From the sequence record SRR22947727_261: a DNA stretch of 64,000 nucleotides. One strand, 5' to 3'. Below are positions 59,314-64,000 of the stretch, in pieces (position 1 is the first letter of the stretch; every line of letters begins with the position of its first letter). A program made the translations under genes and the position numbers. Below the pieces are notes generated by a model. That model saw only the letters and a program-made list of their open reading frames with translations, had not been told where the DNA came from and searched no databases.

Positions 59314-61106
59314 TGTTTGAGAATCCTAAAAAAATAAATTTTTCAATTTTATCTATAATTTTACTCTCATCATGTCAGAGCAATTATGAAGTTATTAAAG
59401 AGATTCCAGATTTCGCCATCGATGAAAATATAGAGTTTGAGAAGTATCTTTCAAATCAGTGGGAACAAAACTTAGAAGATAGTCCTATTTTTGCTTCACT
59501 TCTAGGAAATAAAAAATTTAATCAAGATATTACATCAAACAGTATTAAATCATTTGAAACTAAGAAACTTAAATTCAAGGAGAATTTAAAAAATCTAAAT
59601 TCATTTGATTTTAAGCAACTAGATAGTGATAACAAATTAAATTATCAGCTAAAAGAAATAAGTCTCAAAAACTCCATAGAAGCATCAAACTATCCTTCTT
59701 ATTATATGAGTCTTAATCAAAGAGGCGGAGTTCAAAGTTATTATGAAACTGGTGATAGGCTTGTTTATGAATCAAAGCAAGATTATGAGGATTGGTTAAT
59801 AAGATTATCTAAATACGTTGATAACATAACTAATACGAAAAATAATCTTGAAGAGGGCTTGGAAAAAGGATATACACAGCCACAACTAGTTACTAAACAA
59901 GTTATCTCTCAAATTGACAATATGCTAAATTCAGATATTGAAAATAATCCTTATCTTAAAATTTTTTTAAAAGCCGATAATTCCTTTTTTAAAAAAGGTG
60001 AAAAAGAGGATTTAATAAATCGTGCTAAAGAATTAATTAAAATTAATATTATTCCCGCTTACATTGACTTAAATAATTTTTTAAAAACTTATTATCTACC
60101 TAATTCAAGACAATCCATAGGGCTTAGTGCTGTTCCTGACGGAGCTTTATGGTATGAATATGCAGCAAGATATCACACAACAACAAATCTAACACCTGAT
60201 GAGATACATAATATTGGTTTAAAAGAAGTTAAGAGAATCCGAGGTGAAATGGAACAAATTATTAAAGATTTGGTATGGGCTGGGGACTTTAAATCATTTC
60301 TTAATTATTTAAGGACAAGTCCAAGGTTTTATTTCGACAATCCTGACGATTTATTAAATGCATATCTAATAATGGCTAAATCAATAGATCCTTTATTGCC
60401 AAAAATTTTTAAGGTGTTTCCAAGAGCGCCATATGGTGTAATTCCAATACCAGCGGAATCAGCTCCCTTCACAACAACTGCATACTACAACTCTCCAGCT
60501 AAAGGCAGGCCTGGATATTTTTATGCAAATTTATATAAACCTGAATCAAGACCTAAGTATGAAATACCTGTTTTAACAGTCCATGAGGCTGTACCAGGCC
60601 ATCATTTTCAAATATCAATTGCTCAAGAACTAGAAAATGTACCTACATTTAGAAAATATCAAAGCTTTACAGCTTTTGTTGAGGGCTGGGGGTTGTATAG
60701 TGAAGAACTTGGTGAATTTATGAATTTATATGACGATCCATATGATAAATTTGGACAATTAACTTATGACATGTGGAGAGCTATCAGGCTAGTTGTTGAT
60801 ACCGGGATTCATTATAAAAATTGGTCTAGACAGGATGCTATAGATCTTTTTTTAGAAAATACTGCTAAATCTAAACTTGATATAGAAAATGAAGTAGATA
60901 GATACATTGCTTGGCCTGGCCAAGCTTTGGCATATAAAATTGGCCAGCTAAAAATTCTTGAATTACGTAATAAGGCTGAAAAAAAATTGGGTGATAAATA
61001 CGATATTAAAGATTTTCATCATGAAGTTTTGAAAAGAGGCTCTCTTCCCTTAGATATTCTAGAATTTTATATTAATGAGTGGATTGACGAATCTTTAAGT
61101 TCTTAG
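59313..61106 (+). CDS. DUF885-family lipoprotein
   Basis: Lipobox [42 protein letters not shown]. Confidence 0.9.
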   Translation: MFENPKKINFSILSIILLSSCQSNYEVIKEIPDFAIDENIEFEKYLSNQWEQNLEDSPIFASLLGNKKFNQDITSNSIKSFETKKLKFKENLKNLNSFDFKQLDSDNKLNYQLKEISLKNSIEASNYPSYYMSLNQRGGVQSYYETGDRLVYESKQDYEDWLIRLSKYVDNITNTKNNLEEGLEKGYTQPQLVTKQVISQIDNMLNSDIENNPYLKIFLKADNSFFKKGEKEDLINRAKELIKINIIPAYIDLNNFLKTYYLPNSRQSIGLSAVPDGALWYEYAARYHTTTNLTPDEIHNIGLKEVKRIRGEMEQIIKDLVWAGDFKSFLNYLRTSPRFYFDNPDDLLNAYLIMAKSIDPLLPKIFKVFPRAPYGVIPIPAESAPFTTTAYYNSPAKGRPGYFYANLYKPESRPKYEIPVLTVHEAVPGHHFQISIAQELENVPTFRKYQSFTAFVEGWGLYSEELGEFMNLYDDPYDKFGQLTYDMWRAIRLVVDTGIHYKNWSRQDAIDLFLENTAKSKLDIENEVDRYIAWPGQALAYKIGQLKILELRNKAEKKLGDKYDIKDFHHEVLKRGSLPLDILEFYINEWIDESLSS

Positions 61107-61230
61107 ATTTTTTACATCTCTCACTGCAATATTTAACATTACCCCAGTCCCTCTCCCATTTTTTTCTCCATTTAAATTCTTTCTGGCAAGCTGAGCAAAT
61201 TTTAGATGGTAATGTAATTTTTTTATGCAA
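61072..61230 (-). CDS. DUF2256-family small Cys-rich protein (not in ORF track)
   Basis: Read manually from a TTG start with [58 protein letters not shown] (52 aa), with CxxC..F.WRKKW...W..VKYCS.RC signature. Confidence 0.85.
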   Translation of the reverse strand: MHKKITLPSKICSACQKEFKWRKKWERDWGNVKYCSERCKKSKNLKIRQSTH

Positions 61231-61756
61231 TTGTTCCTAGAGGGTAATGATTGGTTCCACTTCTAATATGAAGAACATTATCAATAATTATATTTTCCTT
61301 AAGTGCGATATCAACTAATTTATAGTAGGTTGCTCTATTAAAAAATCCTTCTATGGCATTTCTAACGTGTACTAGTGGAATGATATTATTTTCATAATTT
61401 ATTAGTCTTGTCGAATTCTTATTATCTAATGCAAATGAGTAATCAAGATTAGTATGAAGAGTAATAATATCATCACCAAGATCAAAGTCAGTAATAACAT
61501 ATGGTGCCAGATCGACGGATACAGGTACTTTTTCATGAGGAGTAATTAAGAAATATAATCCATCATCATTTCTTAGGACTGAACTAAAAAGCTTAACTAA
61601 TTTTATATTTTTTATAGGAGAGTTGTTGTAATACCAATCACCCTCTCTATCAATTGATATTTCTTGACCTTCGCACAACTGAGGATTCCAAAGATGGACA
61701 GGTGGAAAACCTGAATCATTAATTTTTATGTTATTAACTATTTTAGAAATACTCAT
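61223..61756 (-). CDS. DUF1285-family protein
   Basis: [35 protein letters not shown]. Confidence 0.85.
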   Translation of the reverse strand: MSISKIVNNIKINDSGFPPVHLWNPQLCEGQEISIDREGDWYYNNSPIKNIKLVKLFSSVLRNDDGLYFLITPHEKVPVSVDLAPYVITDFDLGDDIITLHTNLDYSFALDNKNSTRLINYENNIIPLVHVRNAIEGFFNRATYYKLVDIALKENIIIDNVLHIRSGTNHYPLGTIA

Positions 61757-62348
61757 AGATTGATTTTATAAAAATAAAAAGTCCAATAGAGCATAATATT
61801 AATGCCATTAGTTTATTTATTAGATTATTTCTTTCAATATTAAATGTATTAGAGCTTGATAACAAATAACTCAAAAACATAAACCACAAAGCGGAGGTTA
61901 TTGAAAAATATATAGGATAAATATAAAAAAATAATCCATCCATTGAATCAGTCAGTATAGAAAAAAGAGAAACAAAAAAAATAAAAGCTTTAATATTAAA
62001 TATATTTGTTATTAATCCAGACGTGAAACTTCCGTAAAATGATGAAGAAGCAGCTTGATCATTTTCTTTGACGTTATTAGAAGGAAAAGCCATTCTAATA
62101 CCTAGGTAGAAAATATAAATACTGCCTATTAAGCTTACTATTAGTTTATATAAATCATTTGTAATAATAAAAAGTGAAATTCCATTGATTGCCAAAAGGC
62201 AATGTGCATAAATTCCAAAACCTATTCCAAATGCTGCATTTATACCCGCCCTTCTTCCATGAAGATTAACCTGCCTGATAATAATAGCTGTATCTGGGCC
62301 GGGACTAGTAAGAGCAATAAAATGCGCAATAGATGACCAGATAAACAT
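61743..62348 (-). CDS. LysE/RhtB-family transporter
   Basis: SPGPD, G..Y..YLG, G..TNIFNIKA..FF. Confidence 0.88.
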   Translation of the reverse strand: MFIWSSIAHFIALTSPGPDTAIIIRQVNLHGRRAGINAAFGIGFGIYAHCLLAINGISLFIITNDLYKLIVSLIGSIYIFYLGIRMAFPSNNVKENDQAASSSFYGSFTSGLITNIFNIKAFIFFVSLFSILTDSMDGLFFYIYPIYFSITSALWFMFLSYLLSSSNTFNIERNNLINKLMALILCSIGLFIFIKSIYEYF

Positions 62349-62350
62349 GA

Positions 62351-63343
62351 TTAATTAATAATATTTGGTTCTATTTCAAGGGATATGTTGAAGGTTTTGT
62401 AAACTATCTCATTTATATGAGATGCGAAATTTAAGACCTCTTGTTGAGTTGCCTTTCCGTTAGTTGTCAAAACTAATGAATGATTTTTATAAATTGAAAC
62501 ATTTTTAGGTAACGATAATTGATGTTGTATTAGCTCAATTAACCTTGCAGCACCAACTTTAACTAAAGTATCAGAGTAGTCCCAAATTATTAATTTATCT
62601 TCACTAAAATACTCAAAATTAATTTGGTTTTTATGAATAATAGGATTTTTAAAAAAACTTCCAGCATTAAAAACATGATCTGGATTAGGTAAAGCTTTTG
62701 CTCTGACTTTAGATATTATCCTTGAAATATCTTGTTTATTTAAATTATCTGTATTGAAAGAATTGTCATGCATGTATTTTTGTATGGATGCATAGTCAGG
62801 ATTGATATTTTCTTTAAGATTAGATTTAAAGTTGAGGTTATAAATAAGATAATGTGAGTTTTTTAGAATAGAGTCTCTGTATGAAAATTTGCAATCTTTG
62901 TTATTAAGATTGATTTCCTTAAATGTTTTCAAACAAAAACAATCTATGCTCTCTATCAAACTTGAAACATCAGCACCATAAGCACCAATATTTTGAACAG
63001 GACTTGCACCAACGCTCCCTGGGATATCAATTAGGTTTTCAAAACCATTGATATCATTTTTGATACAGAATTTAACTAGCTCTGTCCAATTGTATGCTGA
63101 GCCTACATTTAAGATGTTTTTATTAAGATTGATATGGTTAAAATCTGCTTTTAAAACTAGACCATCATAAAAGGATGGAGGAACTATATTGGTGCCCTCT
63201 CCGTGAATAAAATATTTTTTATTAGATTTAATTAAATCGTGAATTTTATTTAGGTCTTCGATATTTTGTAATTTTACTAAAAGCTTACACCTTGATTGAA
63301 TACCAAGAGAGTTATCAATCAATGCATTTTCTTCAATTTTCAT
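62351..63343 (-). CDS. murB: UDP-N-acetylmuramate dehydrogenase
   Basis: IPGSVGASPVQNIGAYG, FSYRDS, NAGSFFKNP, LEIEP. Confidence 0.95.
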   Translation of the reverse strand: MKIEENALIDNSLGIQSRCKLLVKLQNIEDLNKIHDLIKSNKKYFIHGEGTNIVPPSFYDGLVLKADFNHINLNKNILNVGSAYNWTELVKFCIKNDINGFENLIDIPGSVGASPVQNIGAYGADVSSLIESIDCFCLKTFKEINLNNKDCKFSYRDSILKNSHYLIYNLNFKSNLKENINPDYASIQKYMHDNSFNTDNLNKQDISRIISKVRAKALPNPDHVFNAGSFFKNPIIHKNQINFEYFSEDKLIIWDYSDTLVKVGAARLIELIQHQLSLPKNVSIYKNHSLVLTTNGKATQQEVLNFASHINEIVYKTFNISLEIEPNIIN

Positions 63344-64000
63344 TAGTCAGCAAATAATTAATAGCTTGATCAACATCTTCTTGGGTATCGATGCCAGAGG
63401 GAATTTCATTTTTATAATGGGTCATATAAATTGAATAATTATTGTCCATAAATCTTAGCTGTTCTAGTTTATGAAATAATTCGTTTTTTGTTGGTTTTAG
63501 ATTTACCAATTTTCTTAAAGTTTTCATTCTATATCCATAAATTCCTATGTGTCTCATAGATAATTCATTGCTATTTAATGTTCTTTGAAAAGATTTTGCA
63601 TAATTGTTTGAGTCACAATGAACTTTAACGCAATTAGAGTTTTTTAAGTCATCTGAGTTATTTATTGGATGACAGGCACTTATAACATCACATGAGTTAT
63701 TGTTAAAATCTTCTACAAGCTGAATCACTAAATCCTTGGGCATGAAAGGCTCATCACCTTGTAAATTTATTATAAGAGTATCATTGTTTATTTTAAGATT
63801 TTCAGCAGCTTCAAATACCCTATCAGTTCCTGATATATGTGCATCACTGGTCATAACAATATTTGTTGAAAAGGATTGGACATGTTCTAAAACTTCCTGA
63901 GAATCAGTTGCGATGTAAGTATTCTCTGTGATTGTTATTGAATTTTTAAAAACTCTTTCAATTAGGGACATGCCCTTAATATCTATTAGTGGTTTATTCT
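63333..64000 (-). CDS. kdsB: 3-deoxy-manno-octulosonate cytidylyltransferase, 5'-truncated by window edge
   Basis: Frame is open to the window end (NKPLIDIKGM...). SGTDR, NLQGDEP, HIGIYGY, LEQLR, GIDT.ED. Confidence 0.93.
   Translation of the reverse strand, partial: NKPLIDIKGMSLIERVFKNSITITENTYIATDSQEVLEHVQSFSTNIVMTSDAHISGTDRVFEAAENLKINNDTLIINLQGDEPFMPKDLVIQLVEDFNNNSCDVISACHPINNSDDLKNSNCVKVHCDSNNYAKSFQRTLNSNELSMRHIGIYGYRMKTLRKLVNLKPTKNELFHKLEQLRFMDNNYSIYMTHYKNEIPSGIDTQEDVDQAINYLLTNEN

Noticed and set aside
1-64000. CRISPR arrays, tRNA or rRNA genes, riboswitches
   Set aside because: Intergenic gaps are short (under ~200 bp) and showed no repeat-spacer pattern or cloverleaf by eye. A covariance-model scan would be needed to exclude small ncRNAs.

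Overview
AT-rich, densely packed gammaproteobacterial chromosome segment. Low GC, overlapping genes, Na+-NQR, a GH16 glucanase and a TonB-dependent receptor suggest a streamlined marine lineage such as SAR86 (inference). The core backbone follows Pseudomonadales-like order: csiV-like/mfd, gap-nqrABCDEF-apbE-nqrM, aceA-purB-mnmA-icd-clpS-clpA, infA, etfAB/ETF-QO, murB-kdsB. Main points: (1) a his operon with an in-frame HisD-HisB(IGPD) fusion, no hisC or phosphatase, led by a TrpR-like regulator with a 20-bp palindrome over an apparently leaderless promoter; (2) a near-canonical XerCD dif site at 38699-38726; (3) starting about 20 bp from dif, a ~14.5 kb catabolic cluster (38746-53261) encoding a TBDR, a membrane-anchored sulfatase, a flavin hydroxylase, a DntD-type extradiol dioxygenase, an FAH-family hydrolase, MmsA, a RutE-like reductase, a haloalkane dehalogenase, a GST and a TetR, with one palindromic motif shared by both divergent promoters. 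This is a candidate pathway for sulfated and possibly halogenated phenolics. Also present: HexR/RccR-like boxes before gap and aceA, two small genes missing from the ORF track, and a pair of paralogous unknown membrane proteins. I saw no rRNA, tRNA, CRISPR array, integrase or transposase. All family assignments come from motif recognition by eye, not database searches.
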